From assembly GCA_026413765.1 (NCBI GenBank), contig JAOAKI010000004.1, forward strand, positions 97,513 to 161,512: a DNA stretch of 64,000 bases, read 5' to 3'. The first letter of the stretch is position 1. Every line of letters begins with the position of its first letter. The DNA comes from Candidatus Micrarchaeota archaeon (GTDB lineage Archaea > Micrarchaeota > Micrarchaeia > Anstonellales > Anstonellaceae). Made by a program: the position numbers and the translations under genes. Shown in pieces: positions 28,623-38,047 of the stretch. The notes under the pieces are model-generated. The model worked only from the letters and a program-made list of their open reading frames with translations. It was not told the origin of the DNA and ran no database searches.

Positions 28623-29042
28623 ATGGATTCCAAATATTTGTTTTATGTTGTTATGGTGGGTACATTTTTGTTCTTAGGGTTGATTTTTTTCTCAAGTCAA
28701 AAACTTGAGGATATGCCAATTGACGAAACTATCCCTGTCTCCAATCTTTCGACACCACAAAATATAAGTGGCGAAGCTCAGGAAGTCTCGATCAGAGCGC
28801 TGAAAACAGGAAGATATGACAAAAGTATTATTGAGGTTAAGGCAGGCGTCCCAATCAAGCTGTCATTTACTGCTGATCCAGGGGCTGGTTGTGGCCGCCA
28901 GCTGCTCATCGACAACGTCGGGATAAATCTTATTTCGAGAAACGGAGAAACCGTTGTCGCCTATTTCACATTTCCGCAGCCAGGCAGGTATAATTTCCAT
29001 TGTGCGATGAATATGTTTAGGGGAACTTTCATAGCAAATTGA
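28623..29042 (+). CDS. Membrane-anchored cupredoxin-like small protein, a possible copper-binding protein
   Basis: N-terminal TM anchor, then a beta-rich domain ending GRYNFHCAMNMFRGTFI. The Cys, His and Met are spaced like a type-1 copper site. It lies immediately downstream of copA. Confidence 0.5.
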   Translation: MDSKYLFYVVMVGTFLFLGLIFFSSQKLEDMPIDETIPVSNLSTPQNISGEAQEVSIRALKTGRYDKSIIEVKAGVPIKLSFTADPGAGCGRQLLIDNVGINLISRNGETVVAYFTFPQPGRYNFHCAMNMFRGTFIAN

Positions 29043-29070
29043 TTTTTGAGTGTTAACTTTTTGCAAAGAC

Positions 29071-29097
29071 TGTTAATACCGTATTAACATTTATAAA
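29071..29097. promoter_or_regulatory. Perfect 9-bp inverted repeat TGTTAATACcGTATTAACA abutting a TATA-like TTTATAAA, 42 nt upstream of dnaJ. An extra TGTTAAC half-site lies at 29051-29057.
   Basis: Read directly from the sequence. An operator and TATA-box arrangement of this kind is typical of archaeal repressor-controlled promoters, for example heat-shock regulators. Confidence 0.4.
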
Positions 29098-29138
29098 TCA
29101 AATCCCATATAATTGTGAATATTACAGAGGGTATATTT

Positions 29139-30260
29139 ATGGCTACAAAACGGGACTATTATGAAATTTTAGGAGTGCCCAGAAATGCTACTTTACAGCA
29201 GATTAAGGATGCTTATCGCAATTTAGCGTTAAAATACCACCCGGACCGAAATAAGGAGCCAGGGGCAGAAGAAAAATTTAAGGAAATATCTGAAGCTTAT
29301 GCTGTCCTTTCAGATCCTGAAAAAAGGGCAGCATATGACCAGTTTGGCCATGCAGGATTTGACCAGCGCTACACTCAAGAAGACATTTTCAGGACGACGA
29401 ATTTTGAAGATATATTTAGAGAGTTTGGATTCGGCTTTGAAGGATCTCCGTTTGAGGATTTGTTTGGCTCTGCATTTTTCGGAAAAGAATTCACAAAAAG
29501 GAGAAAAAGAGGCGCAGATTTGCGCTATGACTTGTATCTGACTTTGGATGAAGCCGCAAAAGGCGTCACAAAAGTAATTACCTACAAGCACAACAAAGCA
29601 TGCGAAAGATGCGGCGGGAGTGGTGCAGAGCCTGGCTCTGGCTTTTCAACATGCTCTAAGTGCGGCGGCAGCGGCCAAATAAGAACGACAAAAAGGCTGG
29701 GTGCATTTGGAAGCTTTACCTCTGTTTCTACATGCAATGCTTGTTATGGCGAAGGAAAGAAAGCAGAAAAGATATGCTCTTCATGTAAAGGCAACGGCGC
29801 AAAAGTCGTGGAGGAAAATGTTGAGGTTGAAATTCCGCCAGGAGTAGATACTGGATCACAATTGAGGCTAGCTGGTTTGGGAGAAAATGGGCCAGGCGGG
29901 TCCGGAGACCTATATGTCTTTGTTCATGTTAAAGAGCACCCCCAATTCAAGCGTGATGGGGATGACATATACGTCGATGCAGAAATATCCTTTGCCCAGG
30001 CAGCCCTTGGAGCAGAAATAGAAGTTCCTACCTTATTTGGAAAGGCAAAACTCAAGATTCCTGCCGGCACGCAGACCCATAGTTTATTTCGCATGAAAGG
30101 CATGGGGATGCCAAATCCGCACACAAAAAGGAAAGGCGACCAATACGTCCGTGTTATCGTCAAAACACCCACTAATCTTAGCGACAAACAAAAGAAACTT
30201 CTTGCAGAATTCGAAGCTGCATCAAAGAAAGGCGGCATTTTTGACCAAATGTTCAGATAG
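29139..30260 (+). CDS. dnaJ: Molecular chaperone DnaJ (Hsp40 type I)
   Basis: J-domain with HPD (YHPDRN), G/F-rich linker and four CxxCxGxG zinc-finger repeats, followed by C-terminal domains. A GAGGGT SD lies 6 nt before the ATG at 29139. Confidence 0.95.
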   Translation: MATKRDYYEILGVPRNATLQQIKDAYRNLALKYHPDRNKEPGAEEKFKEISEAYAVLSDPEKRAAYDQFGHAGFDQRYTQEDIFRTTNFEDIFREFGFGFEGSPFEDLFGSAFFGKEFTKRRKRGADLRYDLYLTLDEAAKGVTKVITYKHNKACERCGGSGAEPGSGFSTCSKCGGSGQIRTTKRLGAFGSFTSVSTCNACYGEGKKAEKICSSCKGNGAKVVEENVEVEIPPGVDTGSQLRLAGLGENGPGGSGDLYVFVHVKEHPQFKRDGDDIYVDAEISFAQAALGAEIEVPTLFGKAKLKIPAGTQTHSLFRMKGMGMPNPHTKRKGDQYVRVIVKTPTNLSDKQKKLLAEFEAASKKGGIFDQMFR

Positions 30261-30302
30261 CTTCTATTTCTATTTTTAACTTTTACGAGTTATTTTGTAA
30301 TC

Positions 30303-31847
30303 ATGACTGAAAGCAATGACGAATCAAAAAAATCTCTGCATTGGGCAGAACAGCTTGCATTGCAAATAATCCAGGCAAAGCCAGAACCATACGTCATTTC
30401 GGGTGGCTTAACAACTTCTGGACCAACTCATTTAGGCACGATATGCGAGCTTTTGTTTCCTCAAGCTATAGTCAATGCAATAAAATATTCAGGTTATCAA
30501 GCAAAATATTATTTTGTTGTAGATATCTTTGATGCATTCGACTCAATCCCCTCTGTCTTTGGCGATTTTTCAGACATCTTAACTGAGCATTTGGGAAAGC
30601 CTCTAAGCGATGTTCCTGACCCGCAAAAGTGCCATCAATCATTCGGCGACCACTTTTTTGCAGATGCCAAAGAAGCGGCAGAAAAATTTGGGATTGCGCC
30701 AACGTTTGTCAGAGCAACCGACTTATATCGAAGCGGGGCATTTGACTCATATGCGCATCTTTTCTTAAAAAACGAAGAAAAGGTAAGAAAGATTGTGGCG
30801 CAAAGCTCTTTGCGCCAGGACCTGCCTGCTTGGTGGTCACCAATAATGCCCATTTGCCAAAATTGCGGCAAAATAGCAACAACCAGAGTTCTTAGACATG
30901 ATTTTTTTGAATATGAATATGTTTGTGATAGGGACGTAGAGTATGTCAAGGGTTGCGGTTTTGCAGGCAAAAACAAAATAAGTGATCACCAATACAAGCT
31001 TACTTGGAGGCTGCATTGGCCAGCATGGCAGGATTATTTCAAGACTTCTGCAGAGGGCGGCGGGGTTGACCATTTCACACGAGGCGGAAGTCGCGATACG
31101 CTTGAGCTTATCTTTAAGGAAATCTTCAACAAAGAGCCACCAATAGGATATAGGTGGGGCTTTATTCTGTTTGAAGGGAAAAAATATAGCAAAAGTAAGG
31201 GGACAGGAATAAGCGTAAACGAGCTTTTGTCGTTGCTACCGCCAGAAGTGATAAAATACGTGCTTCTTAAGCCAGATATCCAAGAGAATATTGACATTAG
31301 GCCGACATCGGATTATCTTCTTGATGCGATTCTAGATTTTGAAAAAGCAACTGGGCTCCTAAATAAAGATGCAGAAAATCTTTCGCGCGCAGACCGGAAA
31401 AAGATGTTGGCTGCAAAATTGGCCTTAGAGGGCTGCAAGATAAAAAGTTGGAAAACATCATTTTTGGATTTGATTCTCTATAGGGGCTTGCAGTGGAACT
31501 GGGAAAGGATTGCAAAAGAGACAAACGATCCTGCTGTAGTTGAATTCTTCCGCCCATATGTCGAAGAGTGGGAAAAAAAGAAATTCATACCAGAAGATTA
31601 TTCATTTTCTTACCAGCCAAAAAAAGCAGAAGGGCCTGCAAAGGCTTATTTTTTGAAGTTGGATGCAAAGATGAATGCCTTGGACATACACAATCTTGCT
31701 TTCAATGTGGCAAAAGAGATCGGGTTGCCTCCAGCAGACTTATTCAAGGAGTGCTATCTTGTCCTTCTTGGAAAGCCTAAAGGCCCAAAACTTGGCAAAT
31801 TAATCGAAGCGATAGGAATAGAAAGAATAAAGCAAGATGTGTTGTGA
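30303..31847 (+). CDS. lysK: Lysyl-tRNA synthetase, class I (archaeal type)
   Basis: The N-terminal Rossmann fold GGLTTSGPTHLGTICE resembles the class I LysRS HIGH-region. It has a Cys-rich insertion (CQNCGK, C-x-C) and a KMSKS-like YSKSKGTG. Confidence 0.78.
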   Translation: MTESNDESKKSLHWAEQLALQIIQAKPEPYVISGGLTTSGPTHLGTICELLFPQAIVNAIKYSGYQAKYYFVVDIFDAFDSIPSVFGDFSDILTEHLGKPLSDVPDPQKCHQSFGDHFFADAKEAAEKFGIAPTFVRATDLYRSGAFDSYAHLFLKNEEKVRKIVAQSSLRQDLPAWWSPIMPICQNCGKIATTRVLRHDFFEYEYVCDRDVEYVKGCGFAGKNKISDHQYKLTWRLHWPAWQDYFKTSAEGGGVDHFTRGGSRDTLELIFKEIFNKEPPIGYRWGFILFEGKKYSKSKGTGISVNELLSLLPPEVIKYVLLKPDIQENIDIRPTSDYLLDAILDFEKATGLLNKDAENLSRADRKKMLAAKLALEGCKIKSWKTSFLDLILYRGLQWNWERIAKETNDPAVVEFFRPYVEEWEKKKFIPEDYSFSYQPKKAEGPAKAYFLKLDAKMNALDIHNLAFNVAKEIGLPPADLFKECYLVLLGKPKGPKLGKLIEAIGIERIKQDVL

Positions 31848-32791
31848 TGAAAAAGGCGGATATCAAGATGGATTTCTTTTATTTGGAGAACAAAGCATAT
31901 TACACAAGAAAAGGGACCAAAATATATGGCGATTTTCTGACTTATGGGCAAGGCAAAATGCTTGCACAGTGCAATGCGATTGAACTTTGCAGAAAATACG
32001 CCAATACAGATAAGGAGATTGTTGTTTGCGAGTATGGCGTTGGCGATGGAAACTTCGCAAAAATTTTTCTGGATAATACAAAGAAAATAGACAAAGAAAT
32101 ATACGCAAACATGTCTTATTTTCTTTTTGATTTCTCGGAAAAGATGCTTATGGGTGCAAAAAGAAAGCTAAGCAGCCATTCTTCAAAAATACATGTCGAG
32201 AGATTTGATGTGCTTTTTGATACGCCTGCTATTGGTTTCGATTATTGCAGGATAAACGAGCTATTAACTGACCTGCCTGCCAGATTTTTCGCAAAAAAAG
32301 ATGGCAGCTTTTATGAATGCAAAATTTCGAAAGACGGGTTCAGGTTTGCTTCAAAAACAAAGAACACCGATGTGATTTTATTCCTGGAAAGAATCGATGA
32401 AAAAAGAATCATCCCATTCAATTTTTTTGCAGCTGAATTTATCGCTAAGCTGTCTGCGAAGGCAAAAAAAGGCGCCTGGATTGACATTTTTGATTATGGA
32501 TTTTATTCCCCACGCGATATCTTAGATGTTCCTATTGATGCATGGAACAAAACAGTTGTTAGGAAATATGCAAAACAAATAACAACCGACTTGAATTTCG
32601 TTTATCTGCTTTCTGCTGGCGCAAGTTTTGGCTTGAGAGGACAAATCGAAAAGCAGATCGAATATGCAGAAAAAATAATTGGCAGAAAGCTTTGCGTTGT
32701 GGAAAGAAAAAACTTGCTTGATTATTCGATTTCAAGGCATCCGGAGATGACTGAAGATGACGGATTTTATCATTTGCGCTTCATGGTTTGA
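31847..32791 (+). CDS. Putative SAM-dependent methyltransferase-like protein
   Basis: VCEYGVGDGNFA resembles the class I MTase motif I (hhExGxGxG). Acidic residues follow at the expected motif II/III spacing. Its start overlaps the lysK stop. Confidence 0.45.
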   Translation: MKKADIKMDFFYLENKAYYTRKGTKIYGDFLTYGQGKMLAQCNAIELCRKYANTDKEIVVCEYGVGDGNFAKIFLDNTKKIDKEIYANMSYFLFDFSEKMLMGAKRKLSSHSSKIHVERFDVLFDTPAIGFDYCRINELLTDLPARFFAKKDGSFYECKISKDGFRFASKTKNTDVILFLERIDEKRIIPFNFFAAEFIAKLSAKAKKGAWIDIFDYGFYSPRDILDVPIDAWNKTVVRKYAKQITTDLNFVYLLSAGASFGLRGQIEKQIEYAEKIIGRKLCVVERKNLLDYSISRHPEMTEDDGFYHLRFMV

Positions 32792-32818
32792 AAGGCTTGG
32801 AAAAAACTAAAAGATTGA

Positions 32819-33097
32819 ATGATGAAATATCTGCTGGTCAATATGATGAAGGTCTTTTCCAAAATTAAAGAGCTGGCGTTGGTTGGAATTGGAGGCCTCA
32901 GTGGAATTGCGGGCCTTGCTGGAACATTTGGGCTTTGCTGTTCCCCACTTGTCGGGGGACTTTTTGCACTTTTTGGGATAAGCTCAACTGCTTTTCTTCT
33001 TTCCTACAACTGGCTCTTTTTGGCATTCAGCCTTTTTGCATTTGTGCTCTTGATGTGGCATATAAAAAGCCAAAAAGCATGCCAACTGAAAAATTAA
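32819..33097 (+). CDS. Hypothetical small membrane protein with 2-3 TM helices
   Basis: 92 aa, glycine-rich hydrophobic helices. MM start. Confidence 0.35.
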   Translation: MMKYLLVNMMKVFSKIKELALVGIGGLSGIAGLAGTFGLCCSPLVGGLFALFGISSTAFLLSYNWLFLAFSLFAFVLLMWHIKSQKACQLKN

Positions 33098-33247
33098 GTG
33101 GGCATTTTTGTGTAAATGTAGAAACATTTAAATACAGTTTTATACACAAATTCTGCTTGCCGGAGGGAAATATTAAAAAACAATGAATAAATAACTCAGC
33201 ACTTTTTGCAATATGCTCTGCTTGAGCAAAAGCGCTGAGGTGTTATT

Positions 33248-33772
33248 ATGGGTTTGAGACCTGCGAGAACATGCCGTTCAATAGATAAGCCAGCATGGAC
33301 ACGCTATTCAAAAAAGAAACCGCGCAAATCCTATGTAAAAGCAATGCCTCACCTTTCATTGCTTGTGTATGAAATGGGGAATAGAAATCAGCCATTTGAC
33401 TATACTTATGACCTTGTAGCCGAAGAAAGCGTGCAGCTTCGCGATAATGCTTTGGAAGCAGCAAGGCAAGCTGCAAACAAATATTTGGAAAAGTCGAGCC
33501 CAAATGCATACTTTTTCAAAGTAAGAGTCTATCCACACAATGTAATCCGTGAAAACAAGATGATTGCCGGAGCAGGCGCGGACAGACTGCAAAAGGGAAT
33601 GAGGAGGGCATATGGAAGGCCTACTGATAGGGCAGCGCGCGTAAAAAAAGGGCAGGCAATTTTCACAATAAATGTAAAGGGCGACCATGCAGCAGATGTT
33701 GAAGAGGCATTCAGGCGTGCCCAAAGGAAGCTTTCCGGCAAATACAAGATTGTAAAGAAGCCGTTCAGTTGA
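33248..33772 (+). CDS. rpl10e: 50S ribosomal protein L10e (uL16)
   Basis: Highly conserved L10e/uL16 sequence (PARTCRSIDKPAWTRY, RMRRAYGRPTDRAARVKKGQ). Confidence 0.95.
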   Translation: MGLRPARTCRSIDKPAWTRYSKKKPRKSYVKAMPHLSLLVYEMGNRNQPFDYTYDLVAEESVQLRDNALEAARQAANKYLEKSSPNAYFFKVRVYPHNVIRENKMIAGAGADRLQKGMRRAYGRPTDRAARVKKGQAIFTINVKGDHAADVEEAFRRAQRKLSGKYKIVKKPFS

Positions 33773-33777
33773 TATTT

Positions 33778-35664
33778 ATGAGCAATGAACGCATAAAAAC
33801 ACAGCTTGATGATTTGATTGAAATATTGAAAAATGCTTCTAGGCCGATGAGCGTTCGGGAGCTTTCAGAAGCATGCGGTTTGAATGAGAAAGACACGCTC
33901 AAATGGGTCAGCATTTTGGAAAACGAAGGGTCTGTCGAGCTTCAAAACAAGATAAGCGGAGTCTATGTGAGATGGATTGCCTTCACTGACGTTAAAAGCC
34001 AGCATCCGCACGAAATCTCTGAAACTGCAATCAGGGTAGCGCAGGAGATAGAGCAAAAAGCAAAAGAAGAGATGAAAAGGATGATTCCAAAGCAAGAGGA
34101 TGCTGGACAGGCAAGCGAGCTTGCGGAAGCTTACATTGAGGATGAGGAAAGAAAAATCGAAGATCAGCTGAAAAAAGTCGAGTCAATGCTTGAGATGTTG
34201 CGGAAGCAGAAAGAATCCTCCGGCAGCCAAGAGATGCAAAGCCAGCAGCAGACATCTGCACCTTCAACCCCGCAACAGCCGCAGGAAAGTGAAAACACGC
34301 AAAGCCTTGAAGTCGCAGGCAAAAACGCCGAAAGTGAAAACGTTGGAGAACTGCCCGCTGAACATGCAAAGGAAACTCGCGTTCAGCACAATTATTCAAC
34401 CTTAGCAGCTCCTTCGATAAAGCCAATTTTCAAGCAAAAGAAGAAAAAGATAGAAAAGCCAAAACCAGTGCCCGTAAGAAGTGTTTCGATACAATTTTCG
34501 GAAAGGCTTGCAAGGCAAGTGCAAAAAATCATAAAACAAAACCAGCAGATTGAGAAATTGCGCCAAGAAAAGGAAAGGCTTCTTGTTGAATATTATCTGC
34601 CTCTCCAAAGAAAGTTCGAATCAGAAATTGAAACGATATCGGAGAGGGTGTTGCGCTTAGAAAAAAATATCCTTGGCATGCAACAAAAAGCTGCAGACCT
34701 GCCCAATCAAATCTCATCAATAGAGAAACTGCAATTTGCATCCATTAAAGCCTATAACCAGGCGCAGAGGGCTTATGACGAGGCGGTTGCGCAAATGGAA
34801 GATGTGCTTTCTGCGCTGTCAACAGAGAGAGAAAAAATCGCTTCATTGATTGATGAGTCTCGCAGCGATGTTGCAATGCACAAGGCAAAGATGCTTGAGT
34901 TGGAGCAGACAATCAAAGATATTGGCGCATTGGAGGAGGACGTCTCAAACAAGGTCATCCAAGCTCGCGCAGCTCTTGCAGAAGAGGCTGAAAGGATTGC
35001 TTCCGCAGAAAAATACATCAGTGAGCTGAAAAGCCTCAAAGAAGAAATCATCCAGACAGTTGCGGATATGAAAAGGGAGATGGGTACGACAAAAGCAGCA
35101 CTGACAACTCTGGAGAAACAGATAGAGCAGTTAAAGCAAGTTGAGCTTTACCTTGTCTCTCTTCGAAAAGACTATGACCAAAAAATGGATGAAATATCAG
35201 CCTATATCCGGCAAGGCAACCAAGATTTTGAGACTCTGAGGGAAGCGGTCGAGGCAAATTTCGTCCGAAGGTATCTAAAAGAGCTCAGGGAGCTGACAGA
35301 AAGCTATGCGTATGAATTTAACCAGGCAAAACGCCTTGAAAGCGACATTGATAAACAAATCGATGCCGAGAAGAAGAAGCTTGAGCAATTAATTGAAGAA
35401 GGAAAAAAGATTGCGCACCTTTATGAGCTCCAAAGCAAAGAGGTGCAGGGAGCCGAAGCATTTGAGCAACATGGCAAGCGGCTGCAAGATATTGAGCAAT
35501 TGGTCCAAAAAAGAAGCGAGCTTGAGTCAATTATTGCCCAAATAATGGAAAAGAGAGGGCCGCACATTACAGTTGCCTCTCAGCCCATCGTACTAAAAAG
35601 GAAAAAGAAGCAGCGCACTGGCAACAAAAAGCATTCAAAAGGCGGTAAGAAAGCAAAGAAATAG
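33778..35664 (+). CDS. Long coiled-coil protein with an N-terminal winged-helix domain and a lysine-rich C-terminal tail
   Basis: The N-terminal 70 aa (RPMSVRELSEACGLNEKDTLKWVSILENEGSVEL) look like a wHTH. About 520 aa of E/K/Q/L-rich heptad-like sequence follow. The C-terminus is KRKKKQRTGNKKHSKGGKKAKK. The track start is a TTG. The ATG is at 33778. Confidence 0.6.
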   Translation: MSNERIKTQLDDLIEILKNASRPMSVRELSEACGLNEKDTLKWVSILENEGSVELQNKISGVYVRWIAFTDVKSQHPHEISETAIRVAQEIEQKAKEEMKRMIPKQEDAGQASELAEAYIEDEERKIEDQLKKVESMLEMLRKQKESSGSQEMQSQQQTSAPSTPQQPQESENTQSLEVAGKNAESENVGELPAEHAKETRVQHNYSTLAAPSIKPIFKQKKKKIEKPKPVPVRSVSIQFSERLARQVQKIIKQNQQIEKLRQEKERLLVEYYLPLQRKFESEIETISERVLRLEKNILGMQQKAADLPNQISSIEKLQFASIKAYNQAQRAYDEAVAQMEDVLSALSTEREKIASLIDESRSDVAMHKAKMLELEQTIKDIGALEEDVSNKVIQARAALAEEAERIASAEKYISELKSLKEEIIQTVADMKREMGTTKAALTTLEKQIEQLKQVELYLVSLRKDYDQKMDEISAYIRQGNQDFETLREAVEANFVRRYLKELRELTESYAYEFNQAKRLESDIDKQIDAEKKKLEQLIEEGKKIAHLYELQSKEVQGAEAFEQHGKRLQDIEQLVQKRSELESIIAQIMEKRGPHITVASQPIVLKRKKKQRTGNKKHSKGGKKAKK

Positions 35665-35730
35665 GCAATAAGCAAAATTCTGCGGTGGCTGTAAATGTTT
35701 TTAATTTTTTCTATACTTAACCTGCCTTAA

Positions 35731-35750
35731 GCGGCTTGCCGCTTTATTCC
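35731..35750 (+). terminator. Small GC hairpin GCGGcttgCCGC followed by TTTATT, downstream of the coiled-coil gene and after a T-rich tract at 35697-35710
   Basis: Read directly. Archaeal intrinsic termination at oligo-T tracts. Confidence 0.25.
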
Positions 35751-35795
35751 CGCATCGCAGGCTTGACCATTTCGTTGCGAAATGGGAGGGAAAAG

Positions 35796-36428
35796 ATGGA
35801 CAAAAAGTTGATTACTGAAGCTCTCAAAAAGGCGCTTGAAGACAAGGGCAAACGGAAATTTGTCCAGTCGGTCGAATTCATCATCAACTTCAAAGGGATT
35901 GATTTTTCTAAAGCAGAAAATAGGCTCAATTTGGACATAATTTTGCCGAAGGGAAAGGGCAAAGAGCAAGACGTGATTGTCTTTGCTGAAGGGCAAATGG
36001 CGCTTGATGCGAAAAATGCAGGCGCAGCTGATGTTATCGATTCAAATGGCATTCAGAAGCTTGCGGCAGAGAAAAGCAAGCTCAAAGCGCTTGCAAAGCG
36101 CAACGAATTCATAGCACAGCCGAATTTGATGATTCAAGTTGGAAAATTGTTGGGACAGGTTCTTGGCTCAAAAGGAAGGTTGCCGAGGCCAATCGTAGGT
36201 CCTGTAAAAGAGGCCATTGACCATGCAAAAAGAAGAGTGCGTCTCGCAACAAGGGGCAAATATTTGCCGGTTGCCCAATGCGTAATTGGGACTGAAAACA
36301 TGAGCATTGAGGATTTGGTTGAAAATTTTGAGGCAGTGTACGACAAAGTAAAATCAAAAATAAATGAGTCGTCAATTAAATCTATTTACGTAAAGCTAAC
36401 TATGGGAAAGCCGGTAAAAGTTATTTAA
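35796..36428 (+). CDS. rpl1: 50S ribosomal protein L1 (uL1)
   Basis: Conserved L1 fold sequence. GGGAGGG SD 5 nt before the ATG at 35796. The track ORF start at 35736 is an upstream extension. Confidence 0.9.
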   Translation: MDKKLITEALKKALEDKGKRKFVQSVEFIINFKGIDFSKAENRLNLDIILPKGKGKEQDVIVFAEGQMALDAKNAGAADVIDSNGIQKLAAEKSKLKALAKRNEFIAQPNLMIQVGKLLGQVLGSKGRLPRPIVGPVKEAIDHAKRRVRLATRGKYLPVAQCVIGTENMSIEDLVENFEAVYDKVKSKINESSIKSIYVKLTMGKPVKVI

Positions 36429-36437
36429 GGTGTCGAA

Positions 36438-37343
36438 ATGACAAAAAGGAAAATCAAGGAAAAAGAAAAAGCAAAAATCAGGCCAGCGATTCAGGCAAAA
36501 ATGAAGATAGTCGAAAACATTGTGCAGACTGCAAGCAAATATCCAGTCATTGGGCTGCTTAATTTGCGCAATCTTCCTGACAGGCTTTTGCAATCATGCC
36601 GCAAGAAACTGAGAGGCTCGACCGAATTTATCGTGGCAAAAAACAGCGTAATTGCGCGTGCGTTGGATAAGCTTGGGAAAAGCCAGTTAGCCGAGCACTT
36701 GGACTCGCCCACTGCGCTTATTTTCACAACCCACACGCCTTATTCAATTTACAAGTTCTTTAAAGAAAATAAGATAAAAATAGCAGCAAAACCAGGCCAG
36801 TTGGCCCCATTTGACATTGTTGTGCCGGAAGGCGAAACTGATTTGCCGCCCGGTCCTGCTCTTTCGGAGCTAAAGAATGCCGGCATCAATGCACAAATAA
36901 AAGCAGGAAAAATAGTGGTGGCAAAAGATTCGGTGGTTGCAAAAAAAGGAACAAAGATTCCACCACTCGTCTGCAAAGCGCTCCAGAAGCTCAATATTCT
37001 GCCATTTGAGGCAATGGCAAACGTTATAGCGCTACACGACGGCAAATATGTCTATCGCGCGGATATCCTGGATTTGGATGAGCAAAAGCTTGCAGAAGAG
37101 CTTCGTGCTTGCCTGATTGACGCATTCAATCTTTCGTACAATTCATCTTTCCCAACTTCGCAAAATATCGAAGCACTTCTATCTTCTGCGATTTTGCAGG
37201 GTAGAAGCCTTGCGATAAACGGCCACGTCTACTCAGAGGCTTCGACTGGGTTGCTTCTAGCGCAGGCCGTCCTGATAGGCGAAACGCTGTCAGGAAAAGT
37301 TGGGAATTTGGAAACAACAGCTAAGCAAGCCCAAGGAGGATAA
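36438..37343 (+). CDS. rplP0: 50S ribosomal protein P0 (uL10, acidic ribosomal protein P0 homolog)
   Basis: Conserved L10/P0 N-terminal domain. Canonical position between L1 and L12. Confidence 0.9.
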   Translation: MTKRKIKEKEKAKIRPAIQAKMKIVENIVQTASKYPVIGLLNLRNLPDRLLQSCRKKLRGSTEFIVAKNSVIARALDKLGKSQLAEHLDSPTALIFTTHTPYSIYKFFKENKIKIAAKPGQLAPFDIVVPEGETDLPPGPALSELKNAGINAQIKAGKIVVAKDSVVAKKGTKIPPLVCKALQKLNILPFEAMANVIALHDGKYVYRADILDLDEQKLAEELRACLIDAFNLSYNSSFPTSQNIEALLSSAILQGRSLAINGHVYSEASTGLLLAQAVLIGETLSGKVGNLETTAKQAQGG

Positions 37344-37358
37344 AAAGGAGGTTATATT

Positions 37359-37685
37359 ATGAAAATCGACGCATATCTGCATGCTGCCCTTGTCCTTAAA
37401 GGGGCAGAAAAAGAGATAACAAAAGAGAATATTGTGGCTGTTCTTAAGGCAGCAGGGGCTTCGGTTGATGAGGCAAAAGCGCAAGTGCTGGCGGAAGCGA
37501 TCAAAGGAGTGAACTTTGAAGAGCTTTTGAAGAACGTCACAGTTGCTTCTTCAGCTCCAGCGGCACAGGCAGCACCTGCATCATCTGCTGGCCAGGCAGG
37601 AGAAGCAAAGAAAGAGGAGAAAAAGGAAGACCCTGCAAAACAAGAAGCAGCTGCGGCAGAAGGCCTTGCGGCACTCTTTGGCTAA
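37359..37685 (+). CDS. rpl12: 50S ribosomal protein P1 (archaeal L12 stalk protein)
   Basis: MKIDAYLHAALVLKGAEKEITKENI N-domain, Ala/Pro hinge and an acidic tail ending GLAALFG. Strong AAGGAGG SD. Confidence 0.95.
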   Translation: MKIDAYLHAALVLKGAEKEITKENIVAVLKAAGASVDEAKAQVLAEAIKGVNFEELLKNVTVASSAPAAQAAPASSAGQAGEAKKEEKKEDPAKQEAAAAEGLAALFG

Positions 37686-37705
37686 GCCCTGTGTTTTTAA
37701 ACGGG

Positions 37706-37894
37706 CTACAACATCTCAGGCAACGAAAACGTCTCGGCAGCTTCATCTTGATGAAGCTGGACTGGACCGTTCTCAGTTTGAAGAATTAGGCATGTCCCTA
37801 CCCTTCTAATCGAGATTTCAATCTTGAGATTCCTCAAGCGCTCTGCCACTTCGCGCATCTCTTCATAAGTTAGTTCGCCTATATTTATTTTCAT
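37706..37894 (-). CDS. Hypothetical 62-aa protein
   Basis: ATG at 37894 preceded by AGGTGA SD at -5. Sequence MKINIGELTYEEMREVAERLRNLKIEISIRR... has no recognisable motif. The longer track ORF has an unlikely hydrophobic extension. Confidence 0.4.
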   Translation of the reverse strand: MKINIGELTYEEMREVAERLRNLKIEISIRRVGTCLILQTENGPVQLHQDEAAETFSLPEML

Positions 37895-38047
37895 GATATC
37901 ACCTTTCGCTTTATCTGTTTTTTCAGCGTTTATATGCACGCGCAGACAGGTCCATGCCACTGATATAGCCATATTCCATAACAGTAAAAAGTGGAAAAAA
38001 TCTCCATTAGAAAAGAATATATACCACAATCTACAGAAAATTCATAA

